64,000 nt of DNA from Eubacteriales bacterium (GTDB lineage: Bacteria > Bacillota > Clostridia > Oscillospirales > CAG-272), in assembly GCA_045632705.1 (NCBI GenBank), contig JAZQXE010000103.1, positions 381-64,380 of the forward strand, in the 5' to 3' direction. A program made the position numbers and the translations under genes. Positions 8,633 through 16,664 of the stretch are shown in pieces. The notes under the pieces were generated by a model. The model did no database searches. It was not told where the DNA came from and saw only the letters and a list, made by a program, of their open reading frames with translations. Position 1 is the first letter of the stretch. Each line of letters opens with the position of its first letter.

Positions 8633-9078
8633 TTATTTGTTGTTGCAACCGCAGTTTGAATTTAACGGACATTTCTTGTCATATGACGGATTGCAAGCAT
8701 AGAAGTTTTTACAGTCGAGTTTATCCTGCGCGACGCGGAGAGCATCTCCGAAACGCTGATAGTGTACTATTTCTCTTTCACGCAAAAAGCGCAGGGGATC
8801 GCGCACGTCGGGATCATCTATCAGACGGATGAGATTGTCATAGGTCACGCGTGCTTTTTGTTCTGCGGCGAGGTCTTCGTGAAGGTCTGCGAGCACGTCT
8901 CCCTTTACTCCGACGTACTTGATATCGAAGGGCGTACCCGAGGCGGCAACGGGGTAGACTCCCGTCGTGTGATCTACGAAATAAGGCGCAAACGCGCTAT
9001 TCTTGATCTGTTCCTCGGTGAGATTTTTCGTCAACTGATAAATTATCGCGCTAACCATCTCTATATGCGCTAATTCTT
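8633..9078 (-). pseudogene. cotJC: cotJC (Mn-catalase-family spore coat protein), 3-prime portion, separated from its 5-prime portion by the prophage
   Basis: From LAHIEMVSAIIYQLTKNLTEEQ ... LHEDLAAEQKARVTYDNLIRLIDDPDVRDPLRFLREREIVHYQRF it is colinear with B. subtilis CotJC residues after ...GTEEFAHLEMIATMVYKLTK. The 25 codons upstream in the track ORF (to 9148) are element-derived. Confidence 0.9.
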
Positions 9079-9098
9079 TAGGACATACAAGATATCTG
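9073..9098. repeat. attL: 6-bp core ATTCTT (9073-9078) plus element-side arm ending in GATATCTG (9091-9098)
   Basis: The same core occurs at 45963-45968. The 8-bp GATATCTG is the exact inverted repeat of CAGATATC at 45943-45950. Both sit 12 nt from the core. Confidence 0.8.
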
Positions 9099-9249
9099 TT
9101 TGGTATATCCCCTAATTCCACTATAACATACAAAAAACCAAAAATCAATAGTTTTTACAAAAAAAGTTAAAAAATATTTTTGCCGAAAAAGACAAAAGCT
9201 TGTCGAGAGCCGTCGAAAAAGCGTGCGCGTATAATTAAATGGAAATGAA

Positions 9250-9287
9250 AAACGGGAAAGGCGTTTACTTGTTCGTCCTTCCCGTTT
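9250..9287 (-). terminator. terminator after the recombinase gene
   Basis: The minus strand reads AAACGGGAAGG ... CCTTTCCCGTTT followed by TTCATTT, starting 6 nt after the recombinase stop codon. Confidence 0.6.
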
Positions 9288-9292
9288 AGTAG

Positions 9293-11050
9293 TCAAAAAT
9301 TGCTATCCCCGCTACTTTCCGTGCTTGACGGTACGGAGGGGAAGACGATCAATTCAAAGTCGTGCGGAGATACTAACCACTCCGTTTCCTTGCTTGCGTT
9401 TTCGTCTTCCTTTGACGAGGTGTCAGCGTCCTTTTGTACGTTTGACGTTTCGGTATCGACCGCATCCTGCTCGTCCTTTTTCTTTTTAGACTTTTTCGGC
9501 TTTTTCTTCTTTTTCTTTTTGACCTTTTCCGATCTCTTGTCTTTGGTATATATTATTTTTTCTATTACTTCACACAAAAGGTCGTTTTTATCCTTCGGAT
9601 CGGTGAGCGTTTCGTATACGGAGAGGATATATTCTACCTTTGGGATGATGATATCTCTTTCGTTTTTCTTCATCTCCTCGAGAGTCAGCTCCGCCGATAT
9701 GCGCTTTATGTCGGCGATGCTTTCGTTTATACGTTCCTTTATTTTTCCGCTTCGCTCGCGGAATTCCTCCTCGTCGTACGTTCCCCGCTCAAATAGCTCG
9801 TAGACCTTTTCAAGCTGCTTTTGCAGAGCGTTTTTTTCCTCTCTCTGTTTTCGCAGGGCTTCTTCCTTTGCCTTGTGCAGCGCGTCGCTTCCGTCCTCGT
9901 CCTTCTCTGACCATTGAAGCTGATATTCTTTCAGCCACAACTCGAGAAACTCGATAACGTGCTCCTCGACTATATAAAGCGGAGAGCTTACGTTGTTGCA
10001 GGTCTTGTACGGACACATCAGAGAATCACGGGAGCTATCGGGGTAGGGTCTTCTTATCATCTTTCTTCCGCACTTACCGCAGACCACCAGCCCAGCGAGT
10101 GCATTCTTTACGCTCTTATCCGATTTCATCGGCAGCTTTTTGTTGCCCTCTGTTATTCTCTTTGCCGCTTCAAACAGTTCTTTATCTATGATAGCGGGAT
10201 GCAGTCCCTCGCTTATCAGCCATTCTTCTTCGCTTGCCTTCGGACGAGAGAGGGTGAGCTTTCCGTCCACCATCTTTTTTTCCGTCTTTCTCGCATTCCA
10301 GCGTATCAGCCCCGTATATACGGGATTTGAAAGTATAGCTCTGACGCTTGGAGCCGTCCATTTTTCGTTTATGCGCGGAGGTATCTTCAGCTCGTTTAAC
10401 TTGTTTGCTATCAGAGAAGCTCCAAGTGTGCGGCGCGAGCCGTCCTCGAGCGTTTCACCGTAAACGTAAAGCTCAAATATCGTCTTTACCGCCTTTGCTT
10501 CGTCTTCGATAGGTGCGAGCGTATACCCCTTGTCGTTTTTTATCTTTACTCTTTCGTAACCGTACGGAGCGGATTGCGCTACGTATTTTCCCTCGGCGGC
10601 GGATGCGATACGTCCTCTTTGCAGACGTCTGTTTATCGTCTTGTATTCGCGCCTTGACATAAAAAGCCCAAACTCGAAATACTCCTCGTCAAATTCGTCT
10701 CTCGGGTCGTATATCTTCATCGGTGTGATTATCTTCGTGTCCGAATATTTAAAGGTCTGCGCAACGATACCCTGGTCGATAGTGTCTCCTCTTGCCAGAC
10801 GCTCTATCTCCATAACGAGCACGCCCTCCCATGTCCCCGCCTCGACCTCGGAGAGCAGCTCCTGCATTACGGGACGCGCGGCAATAGTCTCACCCGACAC
10901 TATCTCACGGTGAATGGCAGTTACCTCGATATTCATTTTTTTCGCGAGCTCAAGCAGAGTGTTTACGTGACGCGCCAGCGTCTCGCCCTCGCCTCGTGCT
11001 TCCGCTTCCGCGTCTGCACGTGATTTTCTAACGTAGAGGCAGTATGACAT
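9293..11050 (-). CDS. large serine recombinase (integrase/excisionase of the element)
   Basis: N-terminal resolvase-type catalytic domain (YVRKSRAD ... ETLARH ... VMEIERLARG). Recombinase domain (YGYERVKIKNDKGYTLAPIEDEAKAVKTIFELY). Zinc ribbon (CGKCGRKM ... CPYKTCNN) and a coiled coil. The C-terminal tail is unusually K-rich then acidic (KKKKKKPKKSKKKKDEQD...). Confidence 0.95.
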   Translation of the reverse strand: MSYCLYVRKSRADAEAEARGEGETLARHVNTLLELAKKMNIEVTAIHREIVSGETIAARPVMQELLSEVEAGTWEGVLVMEIERLARGDTIDQGIVAQTFKYSDTKIITPMKIYDPRDEFDEEYFEFGLFMSRREYKTINRRLQRGRIASAAEGKYVAQSAPYGYERVKIKNDKGYTLAPIEDEAKAVKTIFELYVYGETLEDGSRRTLGASLIANKLNELKIPPRINEKWTAPSVRAILSNPVYTGLIRWNARKTEKKMVDGKLTLSRPKASEEEWLISEGLHPAIIDKELFEAAKRITEGNKKLPMKSDKSVKNALAGLVVCGKCGRKMIRRPYPDSSRDSLMCPYKTCNNVSSPLYIVEEHVIEFLELWLKEYQLQWSEKDEDGSDALHKAKEEALRKQREEKNALQKQLEKVYELFERGTYDEEEFRERSGKIKERINESIADIKRISAELTLEEMKKNERDIIIPKVEYILSVYETLTDPKDKNDLLCEVIEKIIYTKDKRSEKVKKKKKKKPKKSKKKKDEQDAVDTETSNVQKDADTSSKEDENASKETEWLVSPHDFELIVFPSVPSSTESSGDSNF

Positions 11051-11101
11051 AAAAATTCCTTTAAAAATTCTATTGATTTTTTAAGCAAAGTATATGCAAA
11101 C

Positions 11102-11142
11102 GTACCTCCGATGTTGTAAAATAAGTCGGAGGTACTTTTTTT
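11102..11142 (+). promoter_or_regulatory. strong hairpin plus T7 run immediately upstream of the immA ATG; its 3-prime arm contains the SD
   Basis: GTACCTCCGA (11102-11111), a 14-nt loop, TCGGAGGTAC (11126-11135), TTTTTTT (11136-11142), then ATG at 11145. Confidence 0.5.
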
Positions 11143-11144
11143 CT

Positions 11145-11711
11145 ATGAATTACACTGATTATAAAAACGTCAGAGACGCGGTCTGGCGTATTCTCATTGA
11201 AGATAAAATAAACGCTCTCCCCGTAAAGATCGCCCCCATATGCGAGCGTCGCGGTATTACCGTAAAGCTCTGTGATGCGGACGAGGTCGAGGGTACGACG
11301 AATATTGTAGACGGCAAGCCCGTTATTTTTATATCGTCTAAAATAAAAAACAAGGGCAGGATGCGTTTTACGATAGCGCACGAGCTCGGTCATATACTCC
11401 TCGGTCACGTCAGCGAGGAAAATTACCGAGGCGAAAAGCATAAAGCGTACGACGTCTCAATGGAAAAGGAAGCGGACCTGTTCGCTTCGCGATTGCTCGC
11501 TCCCGCATGCGTTTTGTGGTCTTGCAACGCCTCGACAACGAAAGAGATAAAGAAGCTATGCAATATCAGCTACCGTGCGGCATCGAGCCGCGCACGCCGA
11601 CTGCAAGTTTTGACACGGAGAAAGCGCTTTCTCTGTTCTCCGCGTGAGCGTATCGTATACGAGCAGTTTTTACCTTTTATAAAGGAATACAGAAATAAAG
11701 GCTCGACTTAG
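11145..11711 (+). CDS. ImmA/IrrE-family zinc metallopeptidase (anti-repressor protease)
   Basis: HEXXH motif in FTIAHELGHILLGH, followed by EKEADLFASRLLAP. Start chosen at ATG 11145. The track start at 11094 would translate the hairpin as junk-like CCKISRRYFF. Confidence 0.8.
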   Translation: MNYTDYKNVRDAVWRILIEDKINALPVKIAPICERRGITVKLCDADEVEGTTNIVDGKPVIFISSKIKNKGRMRFTIAHELGHILLGHVSEENYRGEKHKAYDVSMEKEADLFASRLLAPACVLWSCNASTTKEIKKLCNISYRAASSRARRLQVLTRRKRFLCSPRERIVYEQFLPFIKEYRNKGST

Positions 11712-11713
11712 GC

Positions 11714-12088
11714 TCAGACCTCGTCCGGAACGTCGGGCATCTGGTCGATCAGAGTCTGCAACGCCTTTATCTGTTCGTCTGTCAGACGCTTTTTCGTATA
11801 AGTGCCGTCTCTGCCAATAGTAATAACAACGTTATGATCGGAATGCTCTCCAATTACGGAGGGCATTTCTTTTTTTGTCGTGCTTTGCGCCGACTTCGTC
11901 AGATCGACTACCAGCTGACTTTCGTCTACGCCGAAATGATCCGCTATCTTTTTCAACGTCGTTGCTTGCGGAGTCTTTCCGCTTTTCCAGCTCGTTACGT
12001 TGCCTTTGGCGAGTCCAAGCTTGCTTACGACTGCCGTAGGGGTAGTGTTATGTTCACTGCATAAAGTGATAAAATTTTGCCAAAACAT
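11714..12088 (-). CDS. XRE-family HTH repressor (ImmR/CI-like)
   Basis: MFWQNFITLCSEHNTTPTAVVSKLGLAKGNVTSWKSGKTPQATTLKKIADHFGV is a classic HTH_3 fold pattern. SD GGAGA lies 6 nt before ATG 12088. No S24 peptidase domain is present, consistent with an ImmA-cleaved repressor. Confidence 0.85.
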   Translation of the reverse strand: MFWQNFITLCSEHNTTPTAVVSKLGLAKGNVTSWKSGKTPQATTLKKIADHFGVDESQLVVDLTKSAQSTTKKEMPSVIGEHSDHNVVITIGRDGTYTKKRLTDEQIKALQTLIDQMPDVPDEV

Positions 12089-12175
12089 ACCCATTCTCCT
12101 TTTAGTTAAGTTCAACAAGTTCACAATGTGACATTTGTTCAAAGCTACAAAGGTTCAAAAAATTCATTAAATCAA

Positions 12176-12204
12176 TTGACAAAGTGAACTAAATGAACTA
12201 TAAT
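12176..12204 (+). promoter_or_regulatory. consensus sigma-A promoter for the rightward early operon
   Basis: TTGACA (12176-12181), a 17-nt spacer, then TATAAT (12199-12204). The spacer contains GTGAAC and ATGAAC half-sites. Confidence 0.65.
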
Positions 12205-12352
12205 GTAACCACGGACAAGTCTATACGTTCATTTTACAACAAAAAAACGAAAAAGTCAATGAAAAGCGATGAAAGAAATGAACGAAGAGAAAAAAGAGCT
12301 TGTCGGTCGTGACATGCGGTGAAAGATCCGCTTTAGCTATCGGAGGGATGAG

Positions 12353-12547
12353 ATGAACATAGGAGAAAATGTCAGAAGGATCCGTATTGAGAGGGGAATG
12401 ACTCAGGAGAGGCTCGCAGAGCTTGTGAACGTCTCACATCCGACTATTTGCCGTCTTGAAAAAGGGGTAAAGATACCGAGCGTGATGCTCTGCTATTCTA
12501 TATCGCAGGTGCTGGGATGCAGCATTGCGGATATCGTAGGCGAGTAA
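12353..12547 (+). CDS. XRE-family HTH protein (Cro-like)
   Basis: MNIGENVRRIRIERGMTQERLAELVNVSHPTICRLEKG. SD is ggaggg. It is divergent from the repressor gene. Confidence 0.85.
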   Translation: MNIGENVRRIRIERGMTQERLAELVNVSHPTICRLEKGVKIPSVMLCYSISQVLGCSIADIVGE

Positions 12548-12599
12548 CGCCGCCCCCGTCTCGAGCATAGCATATAAGACGGTATAAAGGAGGTATGTG

Positions 12600-12827
12600 A
12601 TGACGGACAGAGCGTCAGTTACCCGAGCGGGAAACGTCGTGATGGATTATTACAGCGGAAGGACCCATATCGTCGTTTGTGACGATCATTATAGAAATAT
12701 GACGGCACTTGAGTTGCGCACGAGGCTTGATAAAATAGCGAAAAAGGTACGCGGCCCGTACGTGAGTGCATTAAGAGAAAAGGAAATAAAAGAAAAAGAT
12801 ATCGGAGGAAAGAAAAGTGACGGATGA
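12600..12827 (+). CDS. hypothetical early protein
   Basis: SD AAGGAGG lies 6 nt before ATG 12600. No motif recognised. Confidence 0.5.
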   Translation: MTDRASVTRAGNVVMDYYSGRTHIVVCDDHYRNMTALELRTRLDKIAKKVRGPYVSALREKEIKEKDIGGKKSDG

Positions 12828-13038
12828 ATACGGCAAAAAGATCAAGAGAGCGCTGATCGATATCGGCAAAAATCAAAAATGGCTCGTAGCAGAGGTAAGA
12901 GATAGGACGGGGCTATACTTCGACCACTCGTACCTGTCAAAGATAATGTCGGGAAAATACAGAAATGCGGGTATGGTGAGAGCAATAGACGCGATACTCT
13001 GTTTTTCGGAAAATGAAAAAGAAGATGAAAAACGGTGA
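12817..13038 (+). CDS. hypothetical small protein, possibly DNA-binding
   Basis: GTG start with GGAGGA 7 nt upstream. IGKNQKWLVAEVRDRTGLYFDHSYLSKIMSG is HTH-like. Confidence 0.45.
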   Translation: MTDEYGKKIKRALIDIGKNQKWLVAEVRDRTGLYFDHSYLSKIMSGKYRNAGMVRAIDAILCFSENEKEDEKR

Positions 13039-13210
13039 GGATACGGTTTCGTTGCTTCTTTGCGTCAATAGTGCTCTCGGAGATATAAGGATGACTTTGA
13101 CAGAGAAGGATACGCTCTGCGCCCGCGAGATCGGTGAACTGCGAGAGATGCTCGCGCGTGAGCAGGAGCGTATCGTTGACGCTATCGTATGTTTTTCAAG
13201 ATCAAAGTAA
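13013..13210 (+). CDS. hypothetical small protein (start uncertain)
   Basis: ORF only, with no convincing SD. Confidence 0.3.
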   Translation: MKKKMKNGEDTVSLLLCVNSALGDIRMTLTEKDTLCAREIGELREMLAREQERIVDAIVCFSRSK

Positions 13211-13223
13211 AAGGAGGGAGGGT

Positions 13224-13496
13224 ATGAAATACGATTTATCTTTACCCGTGCCCGCTCTGTTGCTTGCGTCTGTGCTGACGCTCTGTTTCGTGCTTGCAGC
13301 GCTTGCGGTATTGCTTTTGTTGCTGCCCGACAGACCGAAGAGAAAACGACGCCAAAGACGCCCCCCTCGCGCAGTTCTCGAGACGGAGCTTGCGTCGCTT
13401 TACGGCAGGTGCCGTGAACTTGAGAGGGAAAACGAGATATTGATGCGGGAAAATTACAGATTGAGAATATTGAAAGGTAAGGAGGACGCGAGATGA
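13224..13496 (+). CDS. membrane-anchored coiled-coil protein
   Basis: SD aaggaggga precedes ATG 13224. The TM segment PALLLASVLTLCFVLAALAVLLLLL is followed by an R/K patch and ELERENEILMRENYRL. Confidence 0.55.
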   Translation: MKYDLSLPVPALLLASVLTLCFVLAALAVLLLLLPDRPKRKRRQRRPPRAVLETELASLYGRCRELERENEILMRENYRLRILKGKEDAR

Positions 13497-13714
13497 CAAA
13501 TCAGGATGCAAAGATCGCTTTTCTCACTTGCGCGTCGGTCATACACAGAGATTCGTACCGACACATCGAGACGAGATACGAGAAGATATCCGCGATAATA
13601 TATAGGTACATAGACGGCAAGCTTCACGTTTCGGCTGAGCTGGTAGACAAGAGCGATAACAGCGTGACTATCGCAAAGGTGCGCGATCTTGAGTTTGCGC
13701 GGGAAGTGGAGTAA
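13493..13714 (+). CDS. hypothetical early protein
   Basis: ATGA overlap with the upstream stop codon. No motif recognised. Confidence 0.5.
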   Translation: MTNQDAKIAFLTCASVIHRDSYRHIETRYEKISAIIYRYIDGKLHVSAELVDKSDNSVTIAKVRDLEFAREVE

Positions 13715-13738
13715 AAATAAAAAGCACCGAAAAAAAGA

Positions 13739-13758
13739 AAGAGCGCACGGCTCTTTTT
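13739..13758 (+). terminator. candidate terminator within a longer imperfect hairpin (13723-13765)
   Basis: AAGAGC-gcacg-GCTCTT followed by TTT. The outer arms AGCACCG and CAGTGCT extend the structure. Confidence 0.45.
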
Positions 13759-13807
13759 CAGTGCTTGTATTGAATATTAACTTAACGACCAAAAGAGAGG
13801 GATAGAA

Positions 13808-14206
13808 ATGATATACGGGAAAAGAGAGAGTGGAGTCGGTCAGTCCGTCCCGTCCTCCTTTTCGGAGCTTTTGAGGCAGACGGCACTTCAGACGGATCTT
13901 ACGGGGATAAAGCGTACTCACCCGGCGGTGTTTGCGCAGGCGCAGGAGCTGTGCGCTATAATAGCAGAGGTCTATTCTATGGCTTCGGAGAGTGAGATAA
14001 ACGTAAACGGTGAGCGTATGCGCGCGTCTTTTGTAGCGGATGTGTTCCTGCACCTTACCTCCGAGCATATCCTCGCCGTGATAGAGAACTACAACCAAAG
14101 ACGCTACGCCGTGAAAAACAAGAAGTCATATCTGCGCACGGCACTCTACAATTCCGTTTTTGAGCTTGCAAACGGGATAGTAAACGATATAGCGAGCGGC
14201 AGATAG
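13808..14206 (+). CDS. hypothetical replication-module protein
   Basis: SD agagaggga. The C-terminal NKKSYLRTALYNSVFEL resembles replisome-organiser/DnaD-like tails seen in Firmicutes mobile elements (weak recollection). Confidence 0.5.
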   Translation: MIYGKRESGVGQSVPSSFSELLRQTALQTDLTGIKRTHPAVFAQAQELCAIIAEVYSMASESEINVNGERMRASFVADVFLHLTSEHILAVIENYNQRRYAVKNKKSYLRTALYNSVFELANGIVNDIASGR

Positions 14207-14232
14207 TGAATTTTTTTTGAGAGGAGGGATGT

Positions 14233-15039
14233 ATGCGGTGCCTTTACCGAGAGCAGATATACGAGTGCGGTGACTATCTTGAGGTCAATATCTTTCCCGT
14301 CTTCAGAAAAGCGGCGGGAAGAGGCAAGAGGTGCCGAGTGACAAGTGCCGTCCAGGCGAGGCTCAACGAGCATAACGCCGAGATGAAGCTGGTACGGCTC
14401 TTACATTCAAACTTTTCGGGAGAGGACTACGAGATACATCTCACTTACAGAGACGAGGAGCTGCCGCAGGACGAGGCGGAGGCTGCGGGAGACGTGCAGA
14501 ATTTTATCCGCAGGATCAAGAGAAGATACAAAAAGCTCGGTGTGGAGCTAAAATACGTCTACGTTACTGAGGGAGGCGTCGGCGGTACGCGCTACCATCA
14601 TCATCTTACTCTCACGGGAGGAATAGACCGCACCGAGCTTGAGAGAGCGTGGGGATACGGATACGCTAACTGCCGACAGCTGCAATTTAACGAAAACGGC
14701 GTCGAGGGACTCGCACGTTATATTACCAAGCAGTTCCGCGCACACAAACAGGAGCTGGTTTTTCGCAAGAGATGGTGCGGATCTAAAAATCTGGTTCGCC
14801 CCGAGCCTATCGAGAGAGACGGAAAAATATCACGGACAAAGGTCAGAGCGCTCGCAACCTACGACTCTGAGAGCAAACGCGCCTTTGCTGAGCTTTACCG
14901 AGGTTACTATCCGTCGCAGGTAACGCCCTTTTACAACGACGTAAACGGCGGGTATTATATCCACGTTCGTTTATACAGGTGCGACGCCACGTTTATGAAA
15001 CGAAAAAAGAAAAAAGAGAGGGAAAAGAGAAGAAGATGA
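14233..15039 (+). CDS. HUH-superfamily rolling-circle replication initiator (Rep)
   Basis: Three ordered motifs are present: EIHLTYRD (motif I-like), TRYHHHLTL (HUH) and GLARYITKQ (Y-x-x-K). The tail is basic (KRKKKKEREKRRR). Confidence 0.7.
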   Translation: MRCLYREQIYECGDYLEVNIFPVFRKAAGRGKRCRVTSAVQARLNEHNAEMKLVRLLHSNFSGEDYEIHLTYRDEELPQDEAEAAGDVQNFIRRIKRRYKKLGVELKYVYVTEGGVGGTRYHHHLTLTGGIDRTELERAWGYGYANCRQLQFNENGVEGLARYITKQFRAHKQELVFRKRWCGSKNLVRPEPIERDGKISRTKVRALATYDSESKRAFAELYRGYYPSQVTPFYNDVNGGYYIHVRLYRCDATFMKRKKKKEREKRRR

Positions 15040-15293
15040 TAAGGCTTTATTATTGCCACCCGAAAGGAGACGAGCGGGGGCTTTATATCATTTCGTCAAG
15101 CAGTAAAGGTGCTGTGCACAGATTCAGCCGTGCGCGGCATATTCCGCATTACAAAATAGACGCGGAGAGGGTAGATATCGATATCGATCCCGACGAGAGC
15201 GAATGTATCGTGTACCCGGGCAGCGTTACGGCTGATATATACGGTATCTCGTATAGCCGACGAGAAGCGCAAAGGAGGGGAGGAGACAGATGA
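15036..15293 (+). CDS. hypothetical protein
   Basis: ATGA overlap with the Rep stop codon. Confidence 0.5.
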   Translation: MIRLYYCHPKGDERGLYIISSSSKGAVHRFSRARHIPHYKIDAERVDIDIDPDESECIVYPGSVTADIYGISYSRREAQRRGGDR

Positions 15294-15616
15294 GCGATAT
15301 TAGTGCGATGAATATGAAAAAGCGCGTCGAACGGCTTGAGGAGGAGAATAGAGCCCTCAGAGCGCGGCTTGAGTCATTGGGAGAAAAATCGACCGAGCCC
15401 AAGACAGACGACTCGGAGCGCACTGAGGCGGGGGAGCGTATGAGCTTCCGTTCCAAAAAGGAAGCGTTAAAGACCAAATGCACCTACGGGCTATATCACT
15501 TTTGCGACGGTACGCCGAACAAGAGCGAGAAAAAATACAGAAAAAAGCCGCCCTGCCCAAATTACCGCTTTTGTGCGCTTCGTGCGATACGCGTGGATAT
15601 GGGCAAGGATGAATGA
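15290..15616 (+). CDS. hypothetical coiled-coil protein
   Basis: ATGA overlap with the upstream stop. Contains RVERLEEENRALRARLESL. Confidence 0.5.
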   Translation: MSDISAMNMKKRVERLEEENRALRARLESLGEKSTEPKTDDSERTEAGERMSFRSKKEALKTKCTYGLYHFCDGTPNKSEKKYRKKPPCPNYRFCALRAIRVDMGKDE

Positions 15617-15658
15617 GCGCGGCGGATATGAAGGCGAAAAGCGATAGGGAGAGGGAAT

Positions 15659-15868
15659 ATGCACTATGATTCTGCGCGGACGCTGTGTCCGTTCTACGTT
15701 GACGAGACTGCGAGAAAGTTGAGCTGTGAGGGAGTGGGATGCAACAAGCTCTCTCTCGTTTTTCTGACTCCCCAAGAAAAGAAAAAGCACAAGAGGGAGC
15801 TGTGCGACGGGGATTACGTATCCTGCGAGATATACAAGCTCATATACGGAAAATATCAAAAAAAGTAA
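15659..15868 (+). CDS. small Cys-rich protein
   Basis: SD agggagaggg. It has 7 Cys in 69 aa (CPFY...SCEGVGC...CDGDYVSC). Confidence 0.45.
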   Translation: MHYDSARTLCPFYVDETARKLSCEGVGCNKLSLVFLTPQEKKKHKRELCDGDYVSCEIYKLIYGKYQKK

Positions 15869-16184
15869 AAACGACGCAAAAGAGGACGGGGTGCGAGCGC
15901 ACTCTGCCCTTTTTCTTTTCTCGCGGCATTGTTTACGATTTCGTAACATCTCGCGCGGTGACAAGAGGCGACTTTTTTATGTTAAAGTGTTCAAAGGAGA
16001 GCCGCAGACGAATAGGCGGCGGGGGAGTGGCGGGATAAACAGTGAATAGCGAAGAAGTGAAAGGCGAGAGAGAAGAATCGTCTTTTAGCGTATCTTCTCC
16101 ATGCCAACTCGGAGAGGCGGGTGCGCGCGCGGGTGTATTTATTGCGCGCGTATGAGTGAAATAAAAAAAGGGGGCCGTGACGTG

Positions 16185-16664
16185 ATGGCAGAGCTCAGAT
16201 ATAAAACGGAAACGAGCTTTTTGCGAGCAAGCAAGAGGTATCTTGCCTCAATAAAATACAAGACTATTGCGCGTGACGAGCATGGAAAGGAAATAGTCAA
16301 TATGCTCGGTGCGCCTCTTGAGATAGAGCAGTTTGCAGTACCCCCAAATACGCTTGATTGGGCGGCGTATCTCGGGATCAACAAGCAGACGCTGACGCAG
16401 TCCTACAAGCAGAGATATCCGCGTGCATATTCCGAGATCAAGGGTGAGATCGAGGCGTACAACGCAAGAGAGCTGATGAAGCGCGAGCGTGTCGAGGGGA
16501 TCAAGTTCAATCTCATAAACAACTTTGGGTGGAAGGATACCAGACGCCTCGGACTTGAAGAAGATACGGCACGCGCTATGACGATCGCCTCCGAGTCGGA
16601 GCTTACGCTTGAGGACAAGCTGGCGAAAATAGAAGAGCTGAAAAAGGACATTGCAGAGCTGTGA
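16185..16664 (+). CDS. terminase small subunit (start uncertain: 16152 or 16185)
   Basis: It lies immediately upstream of terL and is coupled to it (GTGA overlap). The motif GIKFNLINNFGWKD is typical of P27-type small terminases. Confidence 0.6.
   Translation: MAELRYKTETSFLRASKRYLASIKYKTIARDEHGKEIVNMLGAPLEIEQFAVPPNTLDWAAYLGINKQTLTQSYKQRYPRAYSEIKGEIEAYNARELMKRERVEGIKFNLINNFGWKDTRRLGLEEDTARAMTIASESELTLEDKLAKIEELKKDIAEL

Noticed and set aside
8410-8659. Small ORFs (60-68 aa) in the AT-rich sipW-cotJC intergenic region, and 9078-9296 next to attL
   Set aside because: They overlap the promoter and terminator structures, have biased low-complexity translations and lack an SD.
9079-9148. The 25-codon N-terminal extension (MIFGFLYVIVELGDIPNRYLVCPKE) that makes 8633-9148 look like a complete 171-aa gene
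   Set aside because: The extension is element-derived sequence running across attL, with no SD and no homology to CotJC. It is best read as a fortuitous open frame upstream of the cotJC 3-prime fragment, not a chimeric gene.
9480-9535. Poly-lysine-encoding A/T homopolymer-rich tracts (recombinase tail KKKKKKPKKSKKKK; also the Rep tail at about 14995-15036) considered as programmed slippage or phase-variation sites
   Set aside because: The runs are interrupted (no uninterrupted tract longer than about 6 nt that I can see) and lie at the extreme C-termini, where a frameshift would have little effect. There is no alternative-frame ORF of interest.
13454-14098. 214-aa minus-strand ORF in the prophage early region
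   Set aside because: It overlaps several plus-strand genes that have SD sites and ATGA coupling. Its translation is R/L/Y-rich and it lacks an SD.
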